From positions 1,162,927-1,226,926 of the forward strand of contig NMRA01000054.1 in the NCBI GenBank assembly GCA_002633005.1: 64,000 nucleotides of DNA, in the 5' to 3' direction. The notes below the pieces were generated by a model. It did no database searches, was not told the DNA's origin, and saw only the letters and a program-made list of their open reading frames with translations. Positions 1-13,150 of the stretch are shown here, piece after piece; position 1 is the first letter of the stretch; each line of letters starts with the position of its first letter. The position numbers were made by a program, and so were the translations under genes. Origin of the DNA: Phoronis australis. Its lineage: Eukaryota > Animalia > Phoronida.

Positions 1-477
1 TCTGTTGCTGGCAATGTTTCTTCTAAAAAAATTAAAACCGAGACGGGCAAGAGATCTTTTATCTATGCAGCTGCTATAATATGGAATTCTTTTAGCCCAG
101 AAATTAAACGGTCCAATTCAATTACTACCTTTAAAGTTAATGTTAAAAAGTGGTTGTAATTTACTTAACCTTTTATACCCTGCCTGTCTTAATCATGTCA
201 TTTTTTCATTGTCGTAAATACTCTCATTGCCTAGAGTCATCTCTTAATTTATTTCATCTGTCTTAGTAAATTTTTTACCATTATTTGTCATTTAGTTACT
301 GTCTTAATTCTCAACCTTAACTGTTTTAATTGTATCTTTGTTACGTACATTTCATTGTTGTTTTATTACTTCATTGTATTATATTACTGTTTTTCTTGTT
401 GAGGGCCCTCTTGGAAAGCAGTGCTATCACTGAAGAGGCCACCCTCATTTTAAATATCACAATAATAAAATAATAAA
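1..477 (+). mobile_element. 3' end of an L2/CR1-group (Crack/Daphne-like) LINE: ORF2 C-terminus, 3' UTR and A-rich tail
   Basis: Frame 1 reads ...GKRSFIYAAAIIWNSFSPEIKRSNSITTFKVNVKKWL* (stop 157-159), matching the F.Y.A..WN.LP..I....S...FK C-terminus of CR1/L2-group ORF2. It is followed by an AT-rich UTR, a stem-loop at 401-446 and an aataataaaataataaa tail. Confidence 0.7.
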
Positions 478-920
478 TCCTTTTCTGGATATTTTAATAA
501 AAGCAGACTTGTGGATAAGGTCCTACATAGTCTTAAATCAGTTTTTTTAGTGATTTCAACAAATCCTTATTCTGTCACAATGCATCAGTGGCGTCCCAAT
601 TGTGAGATAAAATCAGGATTCAAGTAAAAACTCAATCTCTGCCACAGATTGGATATTTGATTCTTAATAGCTAGTCTTATCTCAATACAGTTGTCGTGTT
701 GCTTACCTAAAGCCTAGGTCACGCTTTCCCATTTAACGGACTTTCGAGCCCAATTTTTGAGAATTGTGAAGGTTAGAAAGCATTAATTTGTTTCAGACTA
801 TTGCATGGGAAATTTATTTTTAATACCTGCTCATACGCCAAAATCCGGTTAAGTATCTATTTAGATCACGGACCTGTAGGCTTGTAATCACCAGTGTCCA
901 TATGACCCGTCTCTTTTTAG

Positions 921-1199
921 CATACCAAGACAAAACCCATAAGTGCTGGGAGGACAGTCCTCGTCGAATTGGTGAGTTGACTGATGTTAAACCAGTCACG
1001 GTTCCAAACTGTCGGTACACATGCGGTAATCTCGGATTTACCTTTGCTACGGTGCAAAATGGCGAAGAATGCTGGTGTTCTAGGAATCCGTTCCTATACA
1101 AGTTAAAAGGCATGAAAGACTGCAACAAAAAATGCGGCCCTACTGGGGAAAGTTGTGGCGGGGCTTGGAGAAGTTACGTGATTTACTCAGAAAAATTCA
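921..1199 (+). CDS. Mosaic receptor/lectin gene, exon A: WSC domain
   Basis: Acceptor ctctttttag|, donor |gtaagt, 279 nt, phase 1-1. Encodes CWEDSPRR...VTVPNCRYTCGNLGFTFATVQNGEECWCS...DCNKKCGPTGESCGGAWRSYVIY, the 8-Cys WSC pattern. Confidence 0.9.
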
Positions 1200-2910
1200 G
1201 TAAGTCATTGTTTAAAATTCCCTCTCTCTACAACATCAATGTGTTTCTGGGACATTTAACCTGGTTAAAACCACTATTTGTTTAGTCGACAAGTGACAAC
1301 ACTGTCAACATCAATAAACCTTCCTTTACAGTGTCACGGGACGTTAGTAACTGTACTTCGGTTATCGTGTTGCTTATTTAGTTGCTATTGTTCATTTGTT
1401 CTGATGCTTAATGTCTTTGTTGCGTCACAGAGCGCTGTACAGCCTTTGTTACGTGGGCCATGCGGGCCTGACTGTATATGTCGAGCCCTTCGCTAGCGAC
1501 AGGTTTCGGAGAAGGGTGTGTTTCCTTCCTTGACCTCTATGGAATTGAGCGTATGTCATGTGCAACTCAACTGTATGCGTTGAGGTGAAGTTCACATTTT
1601 TGGCGTTCACTGGAGATTTGCTTTGTTGCATTAATAATACCAAACACGAGAAAATAGAAGAAAAGCAAATGTAATTGAAAGTGTAGCAGCAATGTCTTAC
1701 AGTTTTTCACACTGAACTCAATGGAGGAAGACTAATGCTGTGATTGATAGTCCACGTTCTACGTATTGTTTCGACCAATAAAAATCGGCTAATTGGCATA
1801 CCATCAGACAGTGTGTGCAGGTCTTCTAATTTGACGTCTGATTGACTGATGGGACTGTATTTTGTCTTTTGGCCTGAAATTAAACTTTGAATCAGTGAAT
1901 ATCAGCAAGAATAAGCTTAAGTGTGTTTGAACTTGCTCAATAAACATGTGTTTGTGATGTCTCACCACCAAATGAAGTAACACAGTCATAGAACCCTAAG
2001 TATACTTTAAATGTTTTTTCTCTCGATCATACCGACCTTAGCGTTGAAAATACAGGCGCAAAACAAAATTGTAATAGAACTGGCTGATGTTCAGTATCAG
2101 CTAGACGAGTCACAAATACATTTAGAGGCGACGGAACTCAGGTGTGGTCGCGAACCCTGCGCCATTTGAATTTTGCCCTTCCCTTCTATGGCCACCACTT
2201 TCACCCATGCCCCTTCGCCTTCGCCTCAACTCACACTGGAGAGCGACGTTTAAAAAAGCACATAACGCTTGGTAGCTTGAATAGGTTCACAACCTTCCCG
2301 CCCCCAAGCCTACATTGAAATGACTAAGGCAATGGAGCGTAACGCAGAGGCAGAGAGCTTTAACATTCAGATGCAGATGTTTATCTTTGAAGTGACAAAG
2401 TATTACGAATGACTGGTAAATGTAACAAGGCTCTGACTGCACATAACTTTTCGGTTTGTGGGCAGTAATGGAATAACTTCTTATGTTGTTCTTAAGATGA
2501 AAAAAAGTTTGAAAAAGTCTCGACCGACTCGCGAGTTATATCAGGCGTCGCCACCAGGTGACTTTGCCTGGTTAGTCTCGTTATCAAGAAGCGTGCTCAT
2601 TTCAAATATCCTGCCATTAGAATGTCACTGTTTTAGACCAGGTGTGCATTCAGTAACATTGGGACGTACGCTAGGTTCTTACTAAAATCTAGCCACAGCC
2701 ACGTGTTCTTGATAATACATGGCGATATCTCACGCACTCTCGCGGCGAAGTCTTGCTTTTTAGCGTTTTCTTAGCGTTACTGAACGGGAGGCAGGTGAGC
2801 CAAACATATTTTTAGCATTAACGAACGTCCGTGATTCACTAGCCCAGAATCGGAACCGGTAAGGAAGACGCTGGGACCTGTTCTAGATGTCGTTCTTTTT
2901 GTCTCTTAAG

Positions 2911-3036
2911 GAACTGGACCATGCAATAAAGGAATAGATTACTTCGAATGCGAGGGGAAGTGCCTGAAAAAGACAGATGTGTGCAACCACGACAAAAACT
3001 GTCCCAGCGGCCAAGACGAAGACAATGGCATGTGCG
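2911..3036 (+). CDS. Mosaic gene exon B: LDL-receptor class A repeat 1
   Basis: Acceptor gtctcttaag|, donor |gtgagt, 126 nt, phase 1-1. Encodes TGPCNKGIDYFECEGKCLKKTDVCNHDKNCPSGQDEDNGMC: 6 Cys with a C-terminal DE. Confidence 0.88.
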
Positions 3037-3270
3037 GTGAGTAAACGTTGGAGAAACGATCCCTACAATCTTCATACACATGTAGTTTAAAGACCTAGTT
3101 GCACGTGATCTCAACGGCTAATAAATTGTTAAAGCATGTTAATCGAAGCCATCAGTACATAAAAGGGTACCAACAAACGTCATGGTACTGGACCCGTACC
3201 ATTCCGGTACCACATTACGGTACTGACACTAGTAAGTTTTGCACGTTTTTTGCATCGGCTGGGTGTCAGT

Positions 3271-3680
3271 GGCCAGTTGCATGAAAGAGTCCCAAATAGG
3301 AACTCGGCTAAGTTGCCTAAATCTTTTTCAAATTTGTTCCGTTCTTAAGGCACAGATGTAATATTTTTATCTTTTTATCTTTTTATCTTGATTATGAGCT
3401 CTTTGATTAATAGCATTTTGCATCAATATAACTAAAAACTGAGTCCTTAATTCAATCAAAATAATTAGGGACTTAGTCCTTAACTTGGAGTTTTTGCATG
3501 AAAAGTTCCCTACCTATTTTCAATAATGTTGAGAATTCGATGTAGAGTTCAAGTCAAACTTGGCTTAGTAATGATAAACAGCATGAGATAGGATAATCAG
3601 GGTTTTCACAAGCCTTCAATCACGCAGTAGATTTAGAGGTTAGCTGAGTGCCTATTAGGGACTTTTTCATGCAACCGGGA
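3271..3680. mobile_element. MITE with ~40-bp terminal inverted repeats (PIF/Harbinger-like)
   Basis: ggccagttgcatgaaagagtcccaaataggaactcggctaa at 3271 pairs with ttagctgagtgcctattagggactttttcatgcaaccggga ending at 3680. Superfamily is inferred only from the termini. Confidence 0.6.
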
Positions 3681-3803
3681 ACAGAGCCCCGCCGGCTCCA
3701 GAATCTGACTGAGAAGGTACAAAACTGGTAACGGAACAGCACCTGGCAAGTTCCCGGATGGCATAAAGCCTGCACTAGGTTGATATAAGTGTGGTTCTGG
3801 ATG

Positions 3804-3814
3804 ACACACACACA

Positions 3815-3846
<32 letters not shown>

Positions 3847-3910
3847 CACACATGCATACACGCATACATACATACGTACATACAGTGATACATACATATG
3901 TATGTACACA
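3804..3910. repeat. Compound microsatellite (CA)n/(CGCA)n/(CATA)n
   Basis: Directly visible; it produces the spurious CVRACVRA/THARTHAR ORFs. Confidence 0.95.
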
Positions 3911-5290
3911 TAACATAGATATAGTAAGGTTGGGAGAGTCATTGCAGGCTGAGGCAGTTTCCATGCCCTTCCGGTCACTTAACCTACTGTCAGTCTCACC
4001 AATGAGCTAAACTTGAAATACTGATTAGCTCATTGGTCTTACTAAAGACTATAGTATATGGACCGCCAACGTCTTTACATTTTCAATTGATAAAGTATTT
4101 GATAATAACCGTACGCCCTGACGTCACTATTCACTAGCGGCACCTGAAGCGTTAGCAAGTTTTACTTCCGGTCTGCTAATCATGGTCATTTTGTCGGTAT
4201 TTGGATCGGCGATTTTGCCGAACTCACATCCGTGAGCCCGTAAAACATTAATTTCTTAAAAAAGCTCACATTAATACTCCAGACATAACCACCAGACACC
4301 AGACCTTCTCAAAATCAATCTTGCACTTCAGCAGCAGTTTGCATACTCCATCGGACGTCTCAGTTTATAAGGGGACTGTAATAAAAATAATGCAGCAGTT
4401 AACCGGTTCTAACATAATATTAAATTTCAGATTTGCCCGAGTAGCGCCCTAAACAAAAGCTCATTCATGTTTATTGTCCTGACAGCGATCGCTGATTGGC
4501 TGATATGTTAGTGACGTGGCTGGTGGGGCATCGACTGCTTATCACATATTGCTGTATAATATTGTAGAAAATTAATATCGTATTTTATCATTGTATCCGC
4601 TGTTCTTATTTTTTCCTGTTTGCCAGTGCTGTAAAAGGTTCGCCATGCCTTTTTGTATGTCTCGTGATTGTTAGAACTCTTCGAAAGAGGTGTCTTCTAA
4701 GGGGATGGTCATTGCGTACCATCGGCCTTGGCCCAAAGCTGTATACTAAGTTTCATTTCGTTACAAGTTTTTAGTATTTCAATACCAGGAAGTCGAATTT
4801 TAGAACAAACGTTGCTGATGCGAAAGACGTCCCAAAATTTTAGGAAATGGCACCTGCACCTTGTCACGAACGTGCTGTTTCTGAAAACGGACGACATAGT
4901 TTTGTTTATTACAAAAGGCGGCAAATTATGCTAGAAAATGACATTTATTTCCACTTAAAAAGTTTACAGAGAGCTGAGTATTGGCTGGCATCTGGCTGGC
5001 TAGAGTCCGCAACGTCAACAGTCACACCAGAGTAAATTGTTGATACGGACTGGTTGCACCGGCAAATTTTCGTCTGACGATAACGACGACTGAGTATCAC
5101 TTTCTGTTGCCTCGGCTCAAACAGGTATCCCTGGTGACCCGACATTTGTCACTAAATTTTTTTATTCCGACAGTTCTTTTGTTTTGGTCCCCTCTTTCAG
5201 GGCTATTCATAATACACGCCGGTGGGCGTTTTGTCCATGCCCATCTTGCAGAGTCTTAGTTAGTTTTATCTATTTACGTCATAATAAATA

Positions 5291-6085
5291 TAGATTATTA
5301 GATGGCGAAGTCGTTATCCCCCGTTATCTAGAGCCTGAGTGGATTTTGGAGAATTATCGCCCGAGGGGCGTTAATACCACATACTGAGCGAGAAACATTA
5401 TAATGAATCGATCTACCTTTCTTGACTCGCCTCGGCTTTTTAACTACTTTCTATGTCAGAGGCCCTGGGTCGGAGGTCGTGACCTTTTAAGAAAAGCCGA
5501 CTCGGAGATTTTTTGTCAAATAATGTTTTTATTCAAAACCAATTGAAAATTTAAACAAAACAGAAATAAAGTGAATGTATAAATTAAGGTTTAGCAACTA
5601 TTATAGCTTACTACACATTTTAGCATGCTAAGCTTCGACCGAGAAAATATTGTCTGCTAAAGTAGGTTACCACTGGTAACTGAGTATAATGCTCAAGTCA
5701 AAGGATCCCGACGACGCCATACCCGCATTCAAATTGAAAACCGGTGATTTACAAGTAAGAGAACATGAGAGAAAAATTTCACTGAATTAAAATATCGTTT
5801 TTTTATGGAAATTATGCGTCTTATTTTTCATAGATTATAAATGTCGGTGCAATGCCCTTTTCTGAACAGGCGATTGTTGTGCGTGCTCATTTAAGTATTC
5901 TATTTTCACGTCCGAAGACGTCAGCCTCTAAGTGGTGTAGTGGTAAAGTCGGCGACTCGAAACTCTTGAGACCCGGGTTCGAATGCGGCCTTGGTTTCCC
6001 GCCAAAATGTTATCTCACTAGTGAGATAACTTCATGGGTTATTACACGGTTGTATCTGCCATTCGAGGCTAATATTGTGGTATAA
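5291..6085 (+). mobile_element. Non-autonomous repeat, copy 1: hairpin module plus ~710-bp module with an internal tRNA-like segment
   Basis: Highly similar to 38802-39637 (direct) and 39644-40514 (inverted). The long module ends are (t)ataccaca...tgtggtata. A-box-like tggtgtagtgg and B-box-like ggttcgaat lie at ~5933-5984. Confidence 0.85.
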
Positions 6086-7229
6086 ATGACAATATTTGCA
6101 ATCCTCTTCTTGTTTTACTCTGCAAAATAGCTCGTGGCGTACCCCGGGCAAAATAGATTACGATAAACATTATTGAACTTGGTAAAGAGTGACAGTTGAT
6201 TCCATAGTCGTGTGACTCTGCAAGAAGAGACCTTAATCAACATGAAAGACGGTTGTACGTTTACAAAAAAGCAGGAGAATAGAGGTAATCGATACGAATA
6301 TTGGCCCTTTCTGAGTGAGCGGTCCCTTAAGAATTTGTCAATAAACACAGGAAAAAGGTGGCTACTTAAATGTCATTAATGGCCCCCATCAAGAGCTGGG
6401 CCCATAGATATGAAAAGATAAATTTTCAAAGATCATGAAATGCGCAGCAATTGATGTTATCTGTCAGGTCATCTATTTTCCCAAGTCATATGCAATTTCG
6501 AGAAAAAATAGAGCGACAGAGAGGAGTTTCTGAAAAAATATAGTTTTGCATTCGTAAAATTGTCTTATTGAACATAAAATTTTCTCGATTTTTCGAAATA
6601 CGTATATGAATTATTAAGCGCACATTTTCAAGTCCGTTGAGACGACCTATGCTGCAAAAGCAGAGAACCCAAACAACAATATTCTGGCCAGGGCCCCCGA
6701 AGGGTAAACCGTGGACTGTCAAATGTTCTCTTTTTTCTCTCTTATCCATATTCGCAGTCTTTCTTTTCTCAACTGTCCGCGGCCTCTTTATATTGGTTGC
6801 GACGGTTTAGCCCTGACGCATACAATTTTTTTTTGTTGGGGGGGGGGCATGTGCTTCCCAGGCCCCTCGCTTCATACGGCCACAAAACTACCACAACAAA
6901 TAACAACACTCATGAATTTAAAATTTTACAGTGAGCAGACGGCAGTGGGTCAGAATACTCACTTAAGTTTGTTTTAAACTTACTTAATCAATATTCGAAA
7001 TTCTCAGGTCTTAATCCAAATATCGAAAAACTCCATGTGTATACAGTGGTTCCATGAAACAATGTGAGACCTTATGTTCTCAAAAAATTTTAAGATGGAC
7101 CAGTGAAGCTTTTACCGTATTAGGAATTACATATAGCGAAGACTTGGAAAACATTCCAAATTTAACCTAGGATGAGAAAGTAAGGAAATAAATAAAGCAT
7201 TGCATGTGTGGTCTAGACAATGTTCAAAT

Positions 7230-7740
7230 AATTCTATTACCAAAAATTAACTCATCTGTTTATCACTCTCCCGTCTCCTTTCAAAGCGTTTATAAGAAAT
7301 AGACCAAACGTTTTTTAGTTTTAATTGGTTACAGAAAAGTGATAGAAAAGCTGGAAAAGATAATCCAGGATTATGACTGTGGAGTATGGAGAATGGTCCA
7401 CTCTGCTTCTTACACAAAGGCACTGAAACTTACGTGGGTCCGTAGATTAGCAAACGCAAACAAAGTTATAGATACATTTGACTGAAGCATTTTGGGAAAA
7501 GTTTAAACTTCTATGGTGTTTTGGAGATGAGTGTTGTAATGCGATCGACTCCGAAATTAAAAATAAGTTCTGGATGGAAAGTTTCCCATCTTAAAAGAAT
7601 TTGTGTCATTGACCCAGGAGACTTTGACGAACTTATAAAATCTTATTTATCAACCTTTCTGGTAGAACTCCTTATTTGCAAAAGGTCAGTATTTTCAAGT
7701 CGTGGAACGATAGAGGAGTAAGGAATAGATGGTTGAATTT
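7230..7740 (+). mobile_element. Degraded Tx1/L1-type LINE ORF2 fragment
   Basis: Interrupted translation LLPK.LTHLFITLPSP...KLEKIIQDYDCG..RMVHSASYTKALKLTWVRRL resembles the post-RT region of L1/Tx1 ORF2. Confidence 0.5.
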
Positions 7741-8748
7741 TGAACACGTTTTTATTGAAAATAAAGCGACCATTGAGTGAGTGCGTGCTTGTATGTGTTC
7801 ATTGTGTTTACATTGTAATATTTCATATTGATAATAAATCTACTCAAGGAGAAACAGGTAGTGCCTCAGTTGATGAGAAACAAAGAAATGATTCTCATAA
7901 TGTGTTCGCAGCCTTTAATAGTACTTAGGTTATTTCGGACCGGGCCACTGCCTGATGTTCAGAGATTTCTGTACAGTAAACAAGTGATCAAGGAGTGTAC
8001 GAAAAACTGTACTACACTCCTTGAAGTGATCATGTTACGCGATTCTGGTTCTGTCAGAGTCATTGTTATGACTAACCTTCTTGATAGGTCCCAGACTACT
8101 GGTAAAGTCTCCAAGATTACTGAATTTACCACTGTATATCTCATCACAAAGAAGGTGAGACTGTGATTGGTTCACCTTATTTTGTTGGCACCGTGAGAAC
8201 TGTGTGTGTTTACATGCATTCCAATGAGTGACCTGTTATTTGGTAATATAGATGGAGCAAGAGCCTAGGTAATGCTAAGTCTTATGGGTCGCCTGTGCCG
8301 GCCGATGTAATTACGACTAAATGTCAGGTCATACATTGACGAGTGTTTTGGTGGACATAAGTGTGATGTTTCGATTAATTTCATGTACATGTTCACTGCA
8401 TAGCTCCACGTGTGTTTGGTACCAGTGATACTAGCCCTACATATGCGATTTGTAAAGTGGCCGATCTGAAATATAAGCCTGACTATCTATCCGACTAATC
8501 CTCAAACATAAACACTAGGGATTACGCGACTAAGCTTGTCACCAAAATGAGTCGTTTTCTAATGAAGATGATACACTGGTATATATTGTAGCACTTTTGT
8601 AGCCAGAGCGTCTACTTCAAAAGAGACAGATGTGCACTGGTAAGAAGTATTTGCTTGTTATCATTAACTAATTCGTGATAGAGAGTAAATGTGTCCTGAC
8701 GCATAACTGCTGGTAAATACAATTCGTATATTTGTTTCTCCCCAACAG

Positions 8749-8865
8749 AACGTTTGGCAAGAGAGTGTGCGACAGAAGGCGGAATACTCTGCGGTTTCTG
8801 TGTTCCCCGGATAAATATTTGTGATGGTGTGAACAACTGTCACGATGGCATAGACGAGCTGTCTT
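8749..8865 (+). CDS. Mosaic gene exon C: LDL-receptor class A repeat 2
   Basis: Acceptor tttctccccaacag|, donor |gtaagt, 117 nt, phase 1-1. Encodes ERLARECATEGGILCGFCVPRINICDGVNNCHDGIDELS; the sixth Cys codon is t|gt across the next intron. Confidence 0.9.
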
Positions 8866-9162
8866 GTAAGTGATCTAACGACAAGAAGCACCACGTTTTA
8901 AACATGTATGAAGTGGTCATCGGGAGGACATTACTTTAGAGCATAGGGTGATTTAGGGTAGGGATGGTAGGGTAAGAGGTCACGGGCACTCTAAACACTA
9001 CCGGAAAAGCCTATCATTTCAAATTTAGGTGTGATTTAAATATTATTTCCAATGCGGCGTCCTAGACCAGCCTGTGTATGACGATGTGGTTGATAACGAC
9101 AATGACGAGAGTATAGTGGGGCTGCCAACTAATTTTATCTGGTAATGAAATTACGTTTTTAG

Positions 9163-9375
9163 GTGATTATAACGTGGCATACAAGAAATCCACGAAAATG
9201 AGTTCCACACATCCAGTAGGAAATGGAGAGAATGCCGTTGACGGCAACAGAAACCCAAACTATGAAATGTCTTCTTGCATCCATACTGACTCTGATACGT
9301 ATGCTTGGTGGCAAGTGGACCTCGTTGAAGACCATTGGGTCTTGGGAGTAGATATTGTCAACTTGGTCAAGCCTG
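9163..9375 (+). CDS. Mosaic gene exon D: F-type lectin (fucolectin/FTP) domain 1, N-terminal half
   Basis: Acceptor gtttttag|, donor |gtaagt, 213 nt, phase 1-1. Encodes DYNVAYKKSTKMSSTHPVGNGENAVDGNRNPNYEMSSCIHTDSDTYAWWQVDLVEDHWVLGVDIVNLVKP, with the NVA..K...SS, AVDG, C.HT and WW.VDL motifs. Confidence 0.92.
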
Positions 9376-10559
9376 GTAAGTCTCCGATACGCTTCTCTCG
9401 GTGTACAGAAATTTTTTAAAAACCCGCCTTCCGCCAAGAAAATTTTAATTTTCATCGCTTACATTAAATAGGTCCGTTTAATCCTAATTAATGGTCTTTG
9501 AGAGGCATACACGTTAATGAAATGTCTTTTCGCCTGCCTAGTTTTTTGCTTTTATCGCGTAAATTTTGGTTTTTGTGTTAAAAATTGCACTCATTTCCGG
9601 ACAAAATTGGTTGAGCCCTCGGCTGATACATCACGTCTGGGTCCTGGTCAGTCAGTTACAATCAACACTAATTGTGTTTTCGCAACCAAGAAGCAAAAGT
9701 GGTTCACACGTTTTAATGCGAATTTTGCGTTACAATTTCAAGTGCTGTCTTTTCAGTCAAAACTTCAAAAAATATTCCAATGACTTATTGTAACGGTTTA
9801 CTAACGACACGGCTTAGCAGGGTGACGTTTCGGAGAACACAGTCTCTGACCTCAAGGCGAAGGGAGCGACTGTCTCCTACAGAATGTGTCAGAGAAACGG
9901 GAAAATAAAACTAGGACAGGAATTGCATAGTAGAGCACTTCATATTCGGAAATCAATCTGCTGATTTTCGTCTTTCTTATATATATTTCAAGGGCAATTC
10001 GCTTCTGTCATTGTTGAATCTTAACTGAAGCGCCTTGGAGGCTTAAACAATACCAAAATTATGTTATGATCCTGAATTGTTGCAGAATGAGGCGTCCCTG
10101 TTTTATGAACAGTGCTGCCCCCAGCTTCATAAGATGGGGGAGCTCACCCCCTCTCCCCGATTCCTGCGCTTGTCAGACGGCAGTCCCAGTCCCGTCGAAG
10201 TGTGTAATCCGTCATTTTGAAATGTATCAGATAGCACTACAAGGGAACACTTTACGATTTTTAAACGCACTGATACGCCGTAAAATGTAACAATTTCGTT
10301 AAGAGTAACAATTGTTATATTTTTCGTCTATAATACATTTTGCGTTGCTAGGCCTCTCCTAAAATGCAAGAAGTTGTTAAATTTTATGTAATTTTACAAT
10401 TTACGTTAAATGCGCATGCGAGAAATGTAACGCTGTTACATTTTACGAAAGCGACGTCACATTTCATGCGTTTGCATGGTATTAGTCACACGGAGGAAAA
10501 CGGTTCCCACACTTAACGGCTCCTTCCTGGGATTGTTTGAATGAGATCCTACCCTATTG

Positions 10560-13150
10560 ATGTGTCCCTATGTTCCATTGTTTTTTTAGCATAAATTAGT
10601 TTCTTGGTATAATCAAAAATGTACCCCGCATAATTTCAACTTCAGACGAAAGAAGTTTCCAAGATCAGGTAACAAGTTCGTTGTTGTTAAAGCGTTCTTG
10701 CAATCTTTTGCTGGCGCTCACAGGTCATAAACTAATTGTGTATCTGGCATTATATAGACATTTATATTGACAGTACGAAAGTTTGTTCTGAAATTCCGGG
10801 GTCATTGTCTTCCTCAGAGCAATATCTTGGTCGTAACTGGTCAATGTGATGATGTCAAATCGGTCCGTCGGGCATCACATTACTTTGACTAAACGTGATC
10901 CTAAAACTTGTGATGCAACGGCGGATACCCATCTTGGATCTTTGGCCTGCCGGGCACCAAAACGCAATGCATAGCATGGTATACCAAATCTGTACTTGTG
11001 AATCTTCGATACCGCTCCCTCAGACTCAGACGTTTGGACTTCATTGCTAGTCGAGATTGTTTTCCTTGATACACATGAACAAGTGAAGGCAGCAAACCGT
11101 CCAGTTTGCACCGAATTTGCCTTCCATTTAAAAGTTCGCATGGAGAATACCCACAATCTAGATGCTGCAAGAAACATCCTTGTAAAGCACTCTTTGGTGT
11201 TACTGAAGATTTTCGCAAAGATTGTTTGAAAGTTTAAACTAGGCGTTCTGCTGCACCGTTTGTAGCAGGATGATGAGGAGCACCTGTGAGATGTACAATA
11301 CTTCGTTCCTGACACCAATGCTGGAATTCTTCCGATTTAAAACTTGCTGCGTTATCAGTCATCAACGTAAAAGGATAACCAAAATGCGCGAACTCTTTTC
11401 AAGCAATTCTGTTGTTGTTTTCGTTGACAAAGAATTTGTTGGGTGTATACAGGGGTACTTTGAAAAATGCATCTATCATGACTAACCAATTGGTCCCAAA
11501 ATTGATGTCATGATCAACGTGAACACGAATCCATGGCTTTTCTGGTAACATCCACGGACGAATAGCCGATTTTGGTGGTTTGTTCTGGTGTTCACCACAA
11601 ATAGTACAATGAGCACAAGTTCTTCGGTATCTTTGTCAATGTGAGGCCAATAAACTACAGTTCGTGCAAGTTGCTTCATTCTTTGCATCCTAAAAGGCCC
11701 AATATGAAGCAAATCCGACACTTGTTTTCGCAATCTTTTTGGAATAACTATTCGTGCACCATGAAATAGACAACCGCTTTGTGTTGTCAGTGTTTCACCT
11801 AATTTTCTATAGTATTTCAATGCCTCGTGTCCATCCTTCTTTGATGTACTGCATTGCCATTGAAATTTTAGAATCTTTTAAGAATTACATAGTGAGGAAT
11901 TTGGATTTAACAGGATTCAATTGGAGTCTTATCTGTTTAACAGAACAAACAACATTCACGCCTGCTTGCTCTTCTTCCCTGTCAAATTGCGGATCTTTAC
12001 CACATGGTAAACGACTCAATGCATCTGCATTTGAATGATCAGAGGTCTTCCAATATTCTATTGAATATTCATACTGCCATTGCAGGAACTCCTTTTGGTG
12101 GTGCGAAAATAGAAACTAAAGGTTTGTGGTCAATAACCAAAATAAATCGTCGTCCGTAAATAATGATGAAATTTCTTTAGCGTGAAAATGATTGCAAGAG
12201 CCTCCTGCTGAATTTGACTGTATTTTCTTCGCGTGTCTGTGAGAGACTTTGAAACATTAGCAATCGGTAGTTCACTTCCATCTAGATAGCGATGAAAAAC
12301 AAAAGCTCTAATCCCAACATTAGAAGTATCTCAAGCAATTACCAATTGTTTTGCCGGGCCAAACTGAACAGGAACTGCGTCTATACATAGGATTTATTTT
12401 AAACTTTGAAGAAATGAATTCTCCTCAGAATCCCATCTCCAAGGCATATCTTTACGTGTTAGACGGTTCAGAGGATCAGTTAAAGTAGCTAAATTCGGAA
12501 TGAATTTTCCATAGAACTGTAACGACCCAAGAAAAGAACGCAGATGGGAAACATCCGATGGTGCTGGCGTCTTTAAAATAACATCTACCTTATTTCCCTT
12601 TCTAATGCCTTCATGAGAAAGCATTTGACCAAGACATTCTACAGTCTTTTGGTCAAAAAGGCATTTATCCAAACGACATCTCATGCCATTATCTTGCAAG
12701 CGTTGAAGTAAACGCCGCAAGTTTTGTAGATGTCTTTCAGAATTGCGACCGCTCACTAAAATATCTCCTAAGTTGTCCCACCACGCCATGTAAATCAGTA
12801 GTCAATTTGCCCATAATATCCTGGAAATAACCAGGGGCTGAGCTAATGCCAAATGGCAACCTCTTTTGTAGAAGAACTCCACGATGTGTGAATAGTGCCA
12901 GACGTCTTTGACATTCCGGTGTTAATTTAATCTGATTATATGCATCAGCTAAATCTATTTTTCATGAAACAAAAATAGCCACTGAGCTTTCGCATTAGAT
13001 CTTCCGGCAGGGGTAGCGGATGACGGTGAGTTTAAAGTCGAGGCCTTATCGATACTGAAGAATCTCCACATACTCTTAACTTCCGTTTACTTTGTCCAGG
13101 AAGCGATGCTTTTCTTATAGGGACAACATGTGTTCCGTACTCGTTGAATT
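10560..13150 (-). mobile_element. Degraded Ty3/Gypsy LTR retrotransposon pol (RT, RNase H, integrase)
   Basis: RT DILVSGRNSERHLQNLRRLLQRLQDNGMRCRLDKC...LRSFLGSLQFYGKFIPNLA; RNase H-like KYSQIQQEALAIIF; integrase Zn-finger-like LLHIG...MKQLARTVVYWPHIDKD. Many frameshifts. Confidence 0.88.

Noticed and set aside
3620-4010. Overlapping Cys/His-rich ORFs (also 55211-55495)
   Set aside because: They are translations of microsatellites.
5924-5995. tRNA-like sequence with A/B boxes (also ~39473-39545 and ~39735-39810)
   Set aside because: The acceptor and anticodon stems do not pair, and all three copies lie in a dispersed repeat and differ from one another; not a functional tRNA gene.
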